NCBI GenBank assembly: GCA_051252095.1 | Contig: JBPOFK010000001.1 | Location: forward strand, 23,922 to 87,921 | Length of the DNA stretch: 64,000 bases | Reading direction: 5' to 3' | From: Methylophilaceae bacterium | Lineage (GTDB): Bacteria; Pseudomonadota; Gammaproteobacteria; Burkholderiales; Methylophilaceae | Shown: piece by piece, positions 20,057-29,473 of the stretch | How the letters are laid out: every line of letters starts with the position of its first letter | Numbering within the stretch: position 1 is the first letter of the stretch | The notes under the pieces: generated by a model | What the model saw: the letters and a program-made list of their open reading frames with translations, nothing else | The model's database searches: none | What the model was told of the DNA's origin: nothing | Translations under genes and position numbers: made by a program

Positions 20057-20836
20057 TTAGATCATCTCAAGAATGACGGGGGTGTGGTCGCTGGGGCGTT
20101 CTAATTTTCTGGGCGTTTTGTCAATAGTACAAGCTATACAGTTTTTCTTTAGAGCGTCACTCACTAAAATATGGTCAATACGCAAGCCGCGGTTTCGTCT
20201 AAAGCCCATCATACGATAGTCCCACCAACTATAGTGACCATCATCAGACTCGAAAATTCTAAAAGCATCATGCAAACCTAATGCAAGTAATGCAGTAAAG
20301 GCATTACGTTCAGCAGGGCTCACCAAAATATCGCCTTCCCAAGCTTCTGGATCGTGGCAGTCTCTGTCATCAGGCGCAATGTTGTAATCACCTAAAATTA
20401 CTAGGTTAGGGTATTTTATAAGCTCATGAGTTAGCCAATTACTTAATGCGGTAAGCCAGCGCATTTTGTACTGATATTTCTCTGAGTCAACAGCCTGACC
20501 ATTCACGACGTAGACGCAGATAACACGCACACCATTAACTGTAGCTGAGATAACCCGTTTTTGGTCGTCTTCAAACCCTGCAATGCCATACGCCACATCT
20601 GAGATTTCATGTGTGCTTAATATGGCAACACCGTTATAGGTTTTTTGACCACTGTGGACTGCATTGTAACCAGCAGCCTGTAAGTCTGCATAAGGAAACT
20701 TAACATCTTCTTGTTTGGTTTCTTGTAGGCACAATACATCAATTGGATTTTCTTTTAGCCAATCTAAAACATGTGGTAAACGAACGTTTAAAGAGTTGAC
20801 GTTCCATGTAGCTAATTTAAAAGTTTGATTATTCAT
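20057..20836 (-). CDS. xthA: exodeoxyribonuclease III
   Basis: Start at ATG 20836 (MNNQTFKLATWNVNSLNVRL), not the longer track ORF. Motifs LCLQETK, GDYNIAP, SDHTPV. Confidence 0.93.
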   Translation of the reverse strand: MNNQTFKLATWNVNSLNVRLPHVLDWLKENPIDVLCLQETKQEDVKFPYADLQAAGYNAVHSGQKTYNGVAILSTHEISDVAYGIAGFEDDQKRVISATVNGVRVICVYVVNGQAVDSEKYQYKMRWLTALSNWLTHELIKYPNLVILGDYNIAPDDRDCHDPEAWEGDILVSPAERNAFTALLALGLHDAFRIFESDDGHYSWWDYRMMGFRRNRGLRIDHILVSDALKKNCIACTIDKTPRKLERPSDHTPVILEMI

Positions 20837-21002
20837 GAGGCAAATTCTAGCATGTAAGATTAATAGCAAAATGCGTTAGTAAGCACATTTTTACTAAAAT
20901 GCAGCAAAACTACTTAATTTAATACGTGTTTACGCGAGATTTAAGCAGCTTTTTAAGCCAATTATATTCAATGAGTGATGACCATCATTCAATCAAATGA
21001 AA

Positions 21003-21028
21003 AGACCTCTACCAATAAGTAGAGGTCT
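21003..21028 (-). terminator. rho-independent terminator after the BON-domain gene
   Basis: AGACCTCTAC-ttattg-GTAGAGGTCT. On the minus strand it is followed by TTTTCATTT. A second 7-bp hairpin lies at 21034-21061. Confidence 0.75.
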
Positions 21029-21079
21029 CTATTTGCTCTGATAATTTGCTAAGACAGAGCAGCATAAATCTTTACTAAA

Positions 21080-21424
21080 TTACATGCTTGGATAGTTCAA
21101 TTTTGAGTAAAGCATATAAACACCTTGTTTTTCTTTAATGACTTTGGTGATTGTTTCTGCAGATTGTTTTGAATCTACGTCACCGCTAACATTGACGGTG
21201 CCTTTGTCATCCACATCAATTTCTAAACCTGATAAGTCAATCTGTTGTGCAGATAAGCTACTTTGTATACTACTTTTTAACGCATCTGCAGGCATGTAGT
21301 TATAAGTCACGCTATCAATGTCTGTATTAGCAATAACGGAACTAGTAAACACTAAAAACAACCCTGCTAAAAAAGATTTAACACCGAATAGAATTTGCGG
21401 TTTTTTATGAAGATTGCTCATCAT
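21080..21424 (-). CDS. BON domain-containing periplasmic protein
   Basis: 114 aa. Signal peptide plus a single BON-like segment (IDVDDKGTVNVSGDVDSKQSAETITKVIKEKQGV). Confidence 0.7.
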   Translation of the reverse strand: MMSNLHKKPQILFGVKSFLAGLFLVFTSSVIANTDIDSVTYNYMPADALKSSIQSSLSAQQIDLSGLEIDVDDKGTVNVSGDVDSKQSAETITKVIKEKQGVYMLYSKLNYPSM

Positions 21425-21565
21425 ATTTTCCTTTCAATAGTTAGCCAACGAGATTACATCTTAGTGAAACAAGACATATATCAATATCAGATAAATGCTG
21501 AAAGCAATGTCAGAAAATTCTGTCAAATATGTTAAAAGTTATATAAAAAGCATTTTGAACTTTGA

Positions 21566-23596
21566 TCAATTTGTCATGCCGTTGTGTCTTAACAAAGCAT
21601 CCAAGTTCGGTGTTCTTCCTCTAAACGCGACAAATGACTCCATTGCAGGTCGTGAACCACCTTTTGCAAGCACTTCATTCTTAAAGCGATTGCCAGCTTC
21701 TATCGAGAGTACGCCAAGTTCTTCAAAAAGACTAAAAGCATCTGCGGACAGTACTTCCGCCCATTTATAACTGTAATACCCAGCAGCATAGCCACCAGCA
21801 AAGATGTGAGAAAAACTATTTGGGAAGCGGTTCCATTTAGGTGGTCTCAGGACAGCGACTTCATCACGCACTTCTTCAATAATATCTAGTGCGGCTTTAC
21901 TGCCATTTGGGTCAAAGTCACCATGAAGTCGCATATCGAACATCGAAAATTCTATTTGACGGACAGTTTGCATCCCCGCCTGAAAATTTTTGGCAGCAAT
22001 CATTTTGTCGAATAAATCTTTCGGTAGCTGCTTACCTGATTCCACATGAGATGTCATATTGCGTAGCACTTCCCACTCCCAGCAGAAGTTCTCCATGAAT
22101 TGACTGGGTAATTCAACAGCATCCCACTCAACACCTTTGATACCAGACACACCGTACTCATCTACTTGTGTCAGCATATGGTGCAAGCCGTGACCAAACT
22201 CATGAAACATGGTTGTAACCTCATCATGCGTAAATAATGCAGGCTTATCTCCCACAGGTGCAGAAAAATTGCAGGTTAAGTATGCGACAGGTAGTTCTAG
22301 CCCCTCTGCTTTTTTTCGTCGAGTAATGCATTCATCCATCCATGCGCCACCTCTTTTATTTTGTCGTGCGTAGAGGTCTAAATAGAAATAAGCAACAGGT
22401 TTATTGTTACGATCACTAATTTCATAAAACCTTACATCCTTATGCCAGGTTGGTGCTTCCGCTCTTCTAACCTGCACACCAAATATTGTTTCAGTTACTT
22501 TAAACAATCCGCTGAGTACTTTATCTTCAGGAAAGTATTGTTTAACTTCTTGATCAGAAAACGCATATTTTTCTTGTCGCAACTTTTCACTTACATAGGC
22601 AACATCCCAAGCCTGCATCTCATCTATGCCCAGCTTGCTTGCATAAGTAGTTAATTCTTGCATGTCGCGCTCAGCATAAGGTTTTGCTTCTATCGCTAAT
22701 GTTTCTAAAAATTCACTCACTTCTGCTGGCGTGTCAGCCATCTTCGTTGTCAGTGATAACTCAGCATAATTGTTAAATCCAAGTAGCTTGGCTTCCTCTT
22801 GTTTCAGTTTGAGAATATCGTTAATTAATGGCGTGTTGTCCCATTCTGGCTTGCTTAATTCTGAAGCGCGTGTCGCGTAAGCGCGATAGAGTGTTTCACG
22901 AAGAGATGCATTATCCGCATATTGCAGCACAGGTAAGTATGAAGGGAAGTGTAATGTGAAAAGATAGCCAGTTTTACCCTCCGCTTTGGCAGCTTGCGCT
23001 GCTGTTTCAATCACATCTGCGGGCAAGCCTGCTAGGTCATCACTACTCTCTACGACGTGTTTAAAGTCGTTAGTATGATCCATGATATTTTCTTCAAATT
23101 TGCTGCTAAGTTTCGACAACTGTTCTGAAATATCTTTAAAACGTGATTTTTTGTCTTTTGATAGTTCTGCGCCGCTTAATTTAAAATCACGTACTTCGTG
23201 ATTGATAATCGTTTGTTGTGCAGGTGACAGGCTTGTAAAGGCTGCACTAGCTCGGATAGTTTTAAACTTTTTGTATAGGCGCTCATCTTGCGAAATGTCG
23301 GTGCCATAATCCGTTAATTTTGCTAAATTGAGATTGTAAGCCTCGCGTAATTCTGGGCTATTAACGACGGCATTCATATGCCCTACTTGGCTCCATGCGC
23401 GGTTCAGCTTTTCGCTATGATTTTCTAAAGGCAGGGCAAAATTATCCCATGTGGGCTGTTCTGTGCTGGTGGCCAGTTGCTCGACCAAAGCACGGCCTTC
23501 TGCAATCAAACCATCAATAGCTGGGCTAATGTGTGCAGGTTTAATCTCGTTAAATTTGGGAAAGCCAACAAAATGCAGTAATGGGTTAGATGGCAA
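21566..23596 (-). CDS. prlC: oligopeptidase A (M3 family)
   Basis: 676 aa with a TTG start. HEFGHGLHH zinc motif and full-length M3A architecture. Confidence 0.93.
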   Translation of the reverse strand: MPSNPLLHFVGFPKFNEIKPAHISPAIDGLIAEGRALVEQLATSTEQPTWDNFALPLENHSEKLNRAWSQVGHMNAVVNSPELREAYNLNLAKLTDYGTDISQDERLYKKFKTIRASAAFTSLSPAQQTIINHEVRDFKLSGAELSKDKKSRFKDISEQLSKLSSKFEENIMDHTNDFKHVVESSDDLAGLPADVIETAAQAAKAEGKTGYLFTLHFPSYLPVLQYADNASLRETLYRAYATRASELSKPEWDNTPLINDILKLKQEEAKLLGFNNYAELSLTTKMADTPAEVSEFLETLAIEAKPYAERDMQELTTYASKLGIDEMQAWDVAYVSEKLRQEKYAFSDQEVKQYFPEDKVLSGLFKVTETIFGVQVRRAEAPTWHKDVRFYEISDRNNKPVAYFYLDLYARQNKRGGAWMDECITRRKKAEGLELPVAYLTCNFSAPVGDKPALFTHDEVTTMFHEFGHGLHHMLTQVDEYGVSGIKGVEWDAVELPSQFMENFCWEWEVLRNMTSHVESGKQLPKDLFDKMIAAKNFQAGMQTVRQIEFSMFDMRLHGDFDPNGSKAALDIIEEVRDEVAVLRPPKWNRFPNSFSHIFAGGYAAGYYSYKWAEVLSADAFSLFEELGVLSIEAGNRFKNEVLAKGGSRPAMESFVAFRGRTPNLDALLRHNGMTN

Positions 23597-23618
23597 AGTT
23601 AGTCCTTACATTGATGGT

Positions 23619-23966
23619 TTAATTGATTAAGCGTAGACATATCGGATAGCGATAGGTTTCACCTTTACTGGTAGCGATTGCAGCAAGAATACAGAAGATG
23701 ATGTTGGCAATCCATATAATAGGAATCAATGCCAAGCCCACCAGTATCCAAATAAGAATATTGGCAGCAAACAGTGCAATTGCAACCGTAATTTGAAAAT
23801 TAAGCGCTTCTTTTGCTTGGTCGGCTATGTAAGCACTGTCATCTTTTTTCAATATCCAAACAACAAGCGCAGGAATAAATAAAAAAATGGTGCCAGCTAA
23901 ATGTGTTACGGTGGCAATGTTCTTTTCGTCGCTATTTGGAACGATAATGTCGACTTCGTTAGCCAT
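23619..23966 (-). CDS. DUF4870-like small membrane protein
   Basis: 115 aa. 3-4 TM helices with ..THLAG..F.PALVVWILKKD...QAKEALNFQIT typical of this family. Confidence 0.6.
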   Translation of the reverse strand: MANEVDIIVPNSDEKNIATVTHLAGTIFLFIPALVVWILKKDDSAYIADQAKEALNFQITVAIALFAANILIWILVGLALIPIIWIANIIFCILAAIATSKGETYRYPICLRLIN

Positions 23967-24015
23967 GATTGTCTCCTTTGTGTTGAAAATTATATGGTGT
24001 TGATGTTGGCTTAAT

Positions 24016-25761
24016 TCAAGTAGGTATGTGTGTTAATTTTTTTAACTGCAACTCAACTTTCTCAACATCATCAATTTTGAGAATTCGATTCGCCGCTTTA
24101 GTTAGTTTATTTATGTCACTTTGTAGAATTTGTTGTTTAACGCTCAGTACCTGACTTGGGTGCATTGAAAACTGACGTAAGCCCATGCCAAGTAACAATT
24201 TGGTGAGCATAGAGTCTCCTGCAATTTCGCCACAAACAGCAACTGGCTTTTTAAATTTTTTACCCGCTTCTATTGTCATCAATATCAATCGCAAAACAGC
24301 AGGATGTAATGAGTTATATAAATGTGCTACGGTGTTATCTGTGCGGTCTACTGCCAGCGTATATTGTGTCAAGTCGTTTGTTCCAATAGATAAAAAGTCT
24401 AATTCGCGTGCAAAGGCGGCTGCATTAATCGCGGCAGCTGGTACTTCTATCATACCGCCTAAAGAAATTTTCTTATCAAATGGGATTTGATCTTCTTCTA
24501 ATGATTCTTTAGCTCTTTCTAATATGATTTTTGTTTGCCTAAGTTCAGCTAACGTCGTAATCATTGGGATGAGAATTTTTAAATTGCCATAATGGGAGGC
24601 GCGTAGCAATGCTCTTAGCTGGGTATGGAAAATATGTGGCTCAGTTAAGCATAACCTAAGCGCACGTAGGCCTAATGCATTATTAGATAATACAGTATTG
24701 CTGAATTGCGCCTGTTTATCAGCACCTAAGTCTAACGTCCGTATAGTGACTGGCTTCTTTTTCATTATTTGGACAACTTTTTTATATGCTTGGTATTGCT
24801 CTTCTTCGCTAGGTGGCTCATCACGATTCATAAATAAAAACTCAGTGCGGAACAATCCGATGCCTGTTGCGCCAGAAGCGCTAATACTATTGAGTCCTTC
24901 GATACTTTCGATATTGGCCAGCAAGTCTATGGCGGTGCCGTCTATGGTTTTTGTCTTTGTGGACTTAATGAGTGAGAGCTTTTGTTGCTCTAACAACCAC
25001 TGATGTTGTTTGAGCTCATATTCTCTAAGAATTTCTTTACTTGGGTTGACGACAACAACACCTTGGCTACCATCAACAATGATGATTTCATCTTCTTTGA
25101 TTAAATCATGCGCCTTTTGGAGTGCAATAATTGAGGGTATATTGAGTCCGCGTGCGAGAATTGCAGTATGTGAGGTTGCACCACCTACATCTGTGATAAA
25201 ACCTGAAAACTGGTTCTGTTTATATTGGATAGCATCGGCAGGTGAAATATCGTGTGCTACAAGGATAATACCTCTGTTATCAATATTTTTGGTCTGTTTG
25301 ACAGGCTTTGCACTCGGGTGTCCCAGTAAGGCTTTAATGACACGTTCAACAACTTGTATGACATCCTGTTTGCGCTCTCGTAAATACGCATCAGTGATTG
25401 CATCAAACTGTTCTACGATGATGTCCATCTGTAGCTTAATCGCCCATTCAGCATTACACAGCTCTTTGCGCATAATTCTTTTAGGTGCTTCTGATAAGGA
25501 TGGGTCTAACAAAATTGCAATTTGTGTGTTGATGAAGGAAGCTACATCCGCAATTAATGTATCTGGAAGCTCTTTTCGAACTGTTTCTAGGTCTCTTTTT
25601 ACTGTTGTGATTGCCTTGCTAAAGCGACTGATTTCACTAGATAATGCACTTTTTGGTAGCTGATAATGAGCAACTTCCAACAGCGCATTGGAAATTAAAT
25701 GGGCTTTGCCAATTGCAACGCCACTGGAAACGGTCACCCCATGTAAGCTAAAGCTCGACAA
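24016..25761 (-). CDS. ptsI: phosphoenolpyruvate-protein phosphotransferase (PTS Enzyme I, no GAF domain)
   Basis: 581 aa. The TTG start abuts the HPr stop. Motifs GGATSHTAILAR (active-site His) and SIGTNDLTQY. Its length excludes the N-terminal GAF of PtsP. Confidence 0.92.
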   Translation of the reverse strand: MSSFSLHGVTVSSGVAIGKAHLISNALLEVAHYQLPKSALSSEISRFSKAITTVKRDLETVRKELPDTLIADVASFINTQIAILLDPSLSEAPKRIMRKELCNAEWAIKLQMDIIVEQFDAITDAYLRERKQDVIQVVERVIKALLGHPSAKPVKQTKNIDNRGIILVAHDISPADAIQYKQNQFSGFITDVGGATSHTAILARGLNIPSIIALQKAHDLIKEDEIIIVDGSQGVVVVNPSKEILREYELKQHQWLLEQQKLSLIKSTKTKTIDGTAIDLLANIESIEGLNSISASGATGIGLFRTEFLFMNRDEPPSEEEQYQAYKKVVQIMKKKPVTIRTLDLGADKQAQFSNTVLSNNALGLRALRLCLTEPHIFHTQLRALLRASHYGNLKILIPMITTLAELRQTKIILERAKESLEEDQIPFDKKISLGGMIEVPAAAINAAAFARELDFLSIGTNDLTQYTLAVDRTDNTVAHLYNSLHPAVLRLILMTIEAGKKFKKPVAVCGEIAGDSMLTKLLLGMGLRQFSMHPSQVLSVKQQILQSDINKLTKAANRILKIDDVEKVELQLKKLTHIPT

Positions 25762-26031
25762 TTACTCGCCCTCATCAAAATAATTATTAATCAGTTTCTT
25801 TAGGGCCTCTATGGCTTCAATTTCATCTATACCCTCGGCTTCTAGTTCGATGATTGATCCTTTAGACGCTGCAAGCATCATGACACCCATAATACTTTTT
25901 GCATCGACGCGTTTACCATTACGCGTTATCCAAACATGACTTTTAAATTGGCTTGCGGTTTTAGTCAGCTTTGTTGATGCACGGGCATGAAGACCTAATT
26001 TATTGATGATTTCAATTTTTTCTTTAATCAT
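25762..26031 (-). CDS. ptsH: HPr-family phosphocarrier protein
   Basis: Starting at MIKEKIEIINKLGLHARA places His15 and Ser46 (AKSIMGVM) at canonical positions. The track ORF is 3 codons longer (to 26040). Confidence 0.9.
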   Translation of the reverse strand: MIKEKIEIINKLGLHARASTKLTKTASQFKSHVWITRNGKRVDAKSIMGVMMLAASKGSIIELEAEGIDEIEAIEALKKLINNYFDEGE

Positions 26032-26431
26032 GTTGTACACTGCCTATTTCAGTAAAATGGATGATGCTCTCCCGAGCACTTGCGATAGTTTTTTCCAGAC
26101 AATAAGCAATAGGTAATTCACGGTTGGTCAGCGCAACAATCAGCATGGGTAAGTTAATGCCAGAGACCCCTTCAGCGGCGCTGATGCCGACTAGTTTTGT
26201 GGCAATGTTGCATGGTGTGCCTCCAACCATATCGGATAGCACAATCACGCCGTCGCCATGATCAATTTCTTGCATGATGCTTTTTGCCTTGACCAGAACA
26301 GCATCAGGATCGTCATCACTTTTAACGCTCAAAGCGGCAAGTTGCTCTGGTCTTGTGCTTAACATATGGCTAGCGCACTGAATTAAACTTTCGCCTAGCC
26401 CTTCATGTGTGATAATAAAGATACCAATCAT
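26024..26431 (-). CDS. PTS EIIA component, mannose/fructose family
   Basis: 135 aa. MIGIFIITHEGLGESL with the His10 active site. Overlaps the HPr start. Confidence 0.85.
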   Translation of the reverse strand: MIGIFIITHEGLGESLIQCASHMLSTRPEQLAALSVKSDDDPDAVLVKAKSIMQEIDHGDGVIVLSDMVGGTPCNIATKLVGISAAEGVSGINLPMLIVALTNRELPIAYCLEKTIASARESIIHFTEIGSVQHD

Positions 26432-26440
26432 ATGTTCTAT

Positions 26441-27280
26441 TTATTTACCTAGTTCGCGATGTCTGACAATGACTTTATGCTTAGACTTTTTAAAGTATTG
26501 GCTCAACTCTTCCACAAAATATACTGAACGGTGTTGGCCACCAGTACAACCAATGGCAACCGTTAAATAACTGCGATTATCCTGCTCAAAGCTCGACAAC
26601 CATTTTTCAATATAATGCTGAATATCTGCAAGCATTTCTAATGCCATCGGTGTGTTTTTTAGAAAATTAATTACGGGTTCATCTTGCCCAGTGAGTGGTT
26701 GTAGCACTTTATCGTAATGTGGGTTTGGTAAGCTACGCACGTCAAATAGAAAATCAGCATCTAATGGAATGCCTTTTTTAAAACCAAACGAACTGAATAA
26801 CAAGACCATTTTATTTGGAGGTTGCTTAATCAGCTCGCGCACATAGTTACGTAATGTGTTGGCATTAATATTACTGGTATCAATTCGGTAACTTAAATGG
26901 CTTAAATCAGCTAACAATTCACGTTCATAAGCAATGCTTTCAGCAAGCGTGGTTTGTTCATCACTCAATGGGTGCTTTCGTCTGGTTTCACTAAACCGTT
27001 TTACTAACGTCTCCACATTAGATTCTAGAAATAACAAGTCCACTTGATTGCCACTACTTTTAAGGTGGTCTATTGCACCGGGAAGACTTTCTAGGGCGGC
27101 GCTGCGACAATCGATGCTGATGGCAACTTGATGATAAAGATTTGCTTCAATATGGTGGGAAATGAGTGGCAACATGGTCGCAGGTAAGTTATCAATACAA
27201 TAGAAACCGCTGTCTTCTAATGCACGTAAGGCGACACTCTTTCCAGATCCTGATAGTCCTGTAATGATAATCAAATGCAT
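26441..27280 (-). CDS. rapZ: RNase adapter protein RapZ
   Basis: 279 aa. P-loop GLSGSGKS and C-terminal IGCTGGQHRSV. Confidence 0.94.
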   Translation of the reverse strand: MHLIIITGLSGSGKSVALRALEDSGFYCIDNLPATMLPLISHHIEANLYHQVAISIDCRSAALESLPGAIDHLKSSGNQVDLLFLESNVETLVKRFSETRRKHPLSDEQTTLAESIAYERELLADLSHLSYRIDTSNINANTLRNYVRELIKQPPNKMVLLFSSFGFKKGIPLDADFLFDVRSLPNPHYDKVLQPLTGQDEPVINFLKNTPMALEMLADIQHYIEKWLSSFEQDNRSYLTVAIGCTGGQHRSVYFVEELSQYFKKSKHKVIVRHRELGK

Positions 27281-27492
27281 GTTGTCAGTTCTGATAACCT
27301 AATCCGACGATAAGAATGACATATTACCATTCTTAAGAAAAAGACACACTTTCGAAATTGTATTCGCTATTTTGAAATATCAGCTGGATAGCTTATTTTA
27401 TATTGGTCTCTACCACTATCGTTTCATTTTACAATGGTGGTAGAGATTGTTTGACATGGTCCAGCAAGAAAGCTGGACAAAATCAATGAAGT

Positions 27493-27819
27493 TTAGTTGA
27501 TGGTTTGGTGTTTAACGGCGCCGTTCACCTTGTGGTGATTGTTGCTTTTTTCTTTGTGCTTGAGCACTTGCCGGTCAAGTTTGTCCGTTAAGATATCAAT
27601 AGCGCTGTACATGTTTTCATCGCTACTTTCCGCATGCAAATCATTACCTGGTACATGTAGCGTAGCTTCAACTTTTTGAGCCAGCTTTTCTACACGCATA
27701 GTGACTTTAACATCAATCACATGATCAAAGTGATTGCTGATTTTTCCTAATTTTGTTTCTACATACTCCCGCAAGGCAGGTGTTACTTCTAAATGATGTC
27801 CTGTTAATTGTAAATTCAT
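27493..27819 (-). CDS. hpf: ribosome hibernation promoting factor
   Basis: 108 aa. MNLQLTGHHLEVTPALREYV. Lies downstream of rpoN. Confidence 0.93.
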   Translation of the reverse strand: MNLQLTGHHLEVTPALREYVETKLGKISNHFDHVIDVKVTMRVEKLAQKVEATLHVPGNDLHAESSDENMYSAIDILTDKLDRQVLKHKEKSNNHHKVNGAVKHQTIN

Positions 27820-27942
27820 AATTAGATCCTTTTATTGAATTTGTTCTTTAGTACTCGCTCTGATAAATTCAGGTAAGTGATGCTATTGAACAATTTTAGT
27901 GTACACCTTTGAGAAGATTATGTAACTAGCTCTTGATCAGAT

Positions 27943-29466
27943 TTATAAAGATTTTCGTAAATTTGCGGGAGGGATGTTTAGTGATTCTCGATACTTTGCA
28001 ATCGTGCGTCTAGCTACAACAATGCCTTGTTTTGAAAGCATTTCACTGATTTGATTATCCGACATTGGTTTTTTAATATTTTCCTCTGCGACCAGCTGTT
28101 TAATGAGTGCGCGAATAGCAGTGGCAGAGCATTCGCCGCCCGTTTCAGTGGCAACATGACTACCAAAAAAGTATTTCAGTTCAAAAATGCCGCGTGGTGT
28201 CAGCATATACTTATGTGTCGTAACACGAGAAATAGTCGATTCGTGTAGCTCTAGTTCTTCAGCTATTTCGCGTAACACTAATGGACGCATTGCAATTTCA
28301 CCATGTTCAAAGAAGTTCCTTTGTCTATCAACAATGGCTTGTGAAACGCGCAAAATGGTAGAAAAACGCTGTTGAATATTTTTAATCATCCAACGCGCTT
28401 CTTGCATTTGGCTTTGTAAGTATTGCCCAGAGTTTTCACGGTTACGCTTTAATATATCTGCATACATTTGATTAATGCGCAGTTTTGGCATGACATCATC
28501 ATTGAGTGATGCTACCCAAATGCCTTTAACTTTTTTCACCAGCACCTCATGTTGAATGAAGTGGTCATGACTGAATTGCACGAAATCTGCACCAGGACGT
28601 GGGTTTTGTAGTTTGATGAGATTTTGCGCGGATTTTAAATCGTTTTCATTGCATCCAAGCAGTTTTCGCAACTTATTAAAGTCTTTATTGGCTAATAATT
28701 GCAAATGGTCTTTAACAATGTCTTTAGCCAGTTGTAGCTCAGGGATGTCGCTAGGCAACAGGTTAAGCTGCAATAATATACACTCTTGCAGATTAGTTGC
28801 GCCGATGCCCGGTGGGTCTAAGTTTTGCACATGTTTAAGCGCTGTTTCTAATTCCATCAGCTCTACTTCAAGCTCGGCAGGTAGAGACTCCATAATGTCT
28901 TCTAATGAAGCTTCTAAGTAACCATTTTCATTAATGCTATCAATAAGCAATAACATCAACCTTTGGTCGCGATCAGATAAAGATAACAATTGAATTTGGT
29001 TTAACAAATGCTCGCGTAATGTTTCAGCAACCACTTCTTGACGCGTGAAATCATCATCATCTTCATCATTGTTTTGTTGCTTACTGCCTTCGTCCCAATT
29101 GCTTGCACTGCCGTACTCTTCATAATCTTCATCAAAGTCATTTTGCTTAAAATCATCATCACTAATCGGCTTTTCTTCGATTGTTTCGGTATTGTTTGAG
29201 TTGCTTTCTTGGTCTTGTGTGCTGGAGGTGCTTGATTCCGTATGTTCGCTTACTTCACTGTCATCGTTACTCGATTCATCTGTTGTTGTCTCTGCTGTGT
29301 TTTCATCGTCACCTTCCGCGAGTTCAAGTAAAGGGTTTTCTTGTAAGATGACTTCTAATTCTTGATTAAGCTCAAGTGTCGATAGTTGCAGTAAGCGAAT
29401 AGATTGCTGTAACTGCGGTGTGAGCGCTAAATTTTGAGAAATCTTTAATTGTAAATTTTGCTTCAT
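27943..29466 (-). CDS. rpoN: RNA polymerase sigma-54 factor
   Basis: 507 aa. Region I LQLSTLEL, a long acidic region II, and the RpoN box ARRTIAKYRE. Confidence 0.96.
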   Translation of the reverse strand: MKQNLQLKISQNLALTPQLQQSIRLLQLSTLELNQELEVILQENPLLELAEGDDENTAETTTDESSNDDSEVSEHTESSTSSTQDQESNSNNTETIEEKPISDDDFKQNDFDEDYEEYGSASNWDEGSKQQNNDEDDDDFTRQEVVAETLREHLLNQIQLLSLSDRDQRLMLLLIDSINENGYLEASLEDIMESLPAELEVELMELETALKHVQNLDPPGIGATNLQECILLQLNLLPSDIPELQLAKDIVKDHLQLLANKDFNKLRKLLGCNENDLKSAQNLIKLQNPRPGADFVQFSHDHFIQHEVLVKKVKGIWVASLNDDVMPKLRINQMYADILKRNRENSGQYLQSQMQEARWMIKNIQQRFSTILRVSQAIVDRQRNFFEHGEIAMRPLVLREIAEELELHESTISRVTTHKYMLTPRGIFELKYFFGSHVATETGGECSATAIRALIKQLVAEENIKKPMSDNQISEMLSKQGIVVARRTIAKYRESLNIPPANLRKSL

Positions 29467-29473
29467 TATTACT

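Noticed and set aside
20976-20987. TGATG-AC-CATCA palindrome upstream of xthA, echoing TGATG-T-CATCA at 38174-38184, as a possible shared operator
   Set aside because: The arms are only 5 bp, the spacing differs between the two copies, and such short AT-rich palindromes are expected by chance in 64 kb.
25010-25663. 217-aa plus-strand ORF antisense to ptsI. Similar long shadow ORFs occur at 17465-18034, 13721-14140, 47161-47520, 49635-50024, 24185-24490 and elsewhere.
   Set aside because: Each lies entirely inside a well-supported gene on the opposite strand. Their compositions are low-complexity (Ser/Cys/Leu-rich), with no recognisable motifs and no RBS. They are typical antisense shadow frames.
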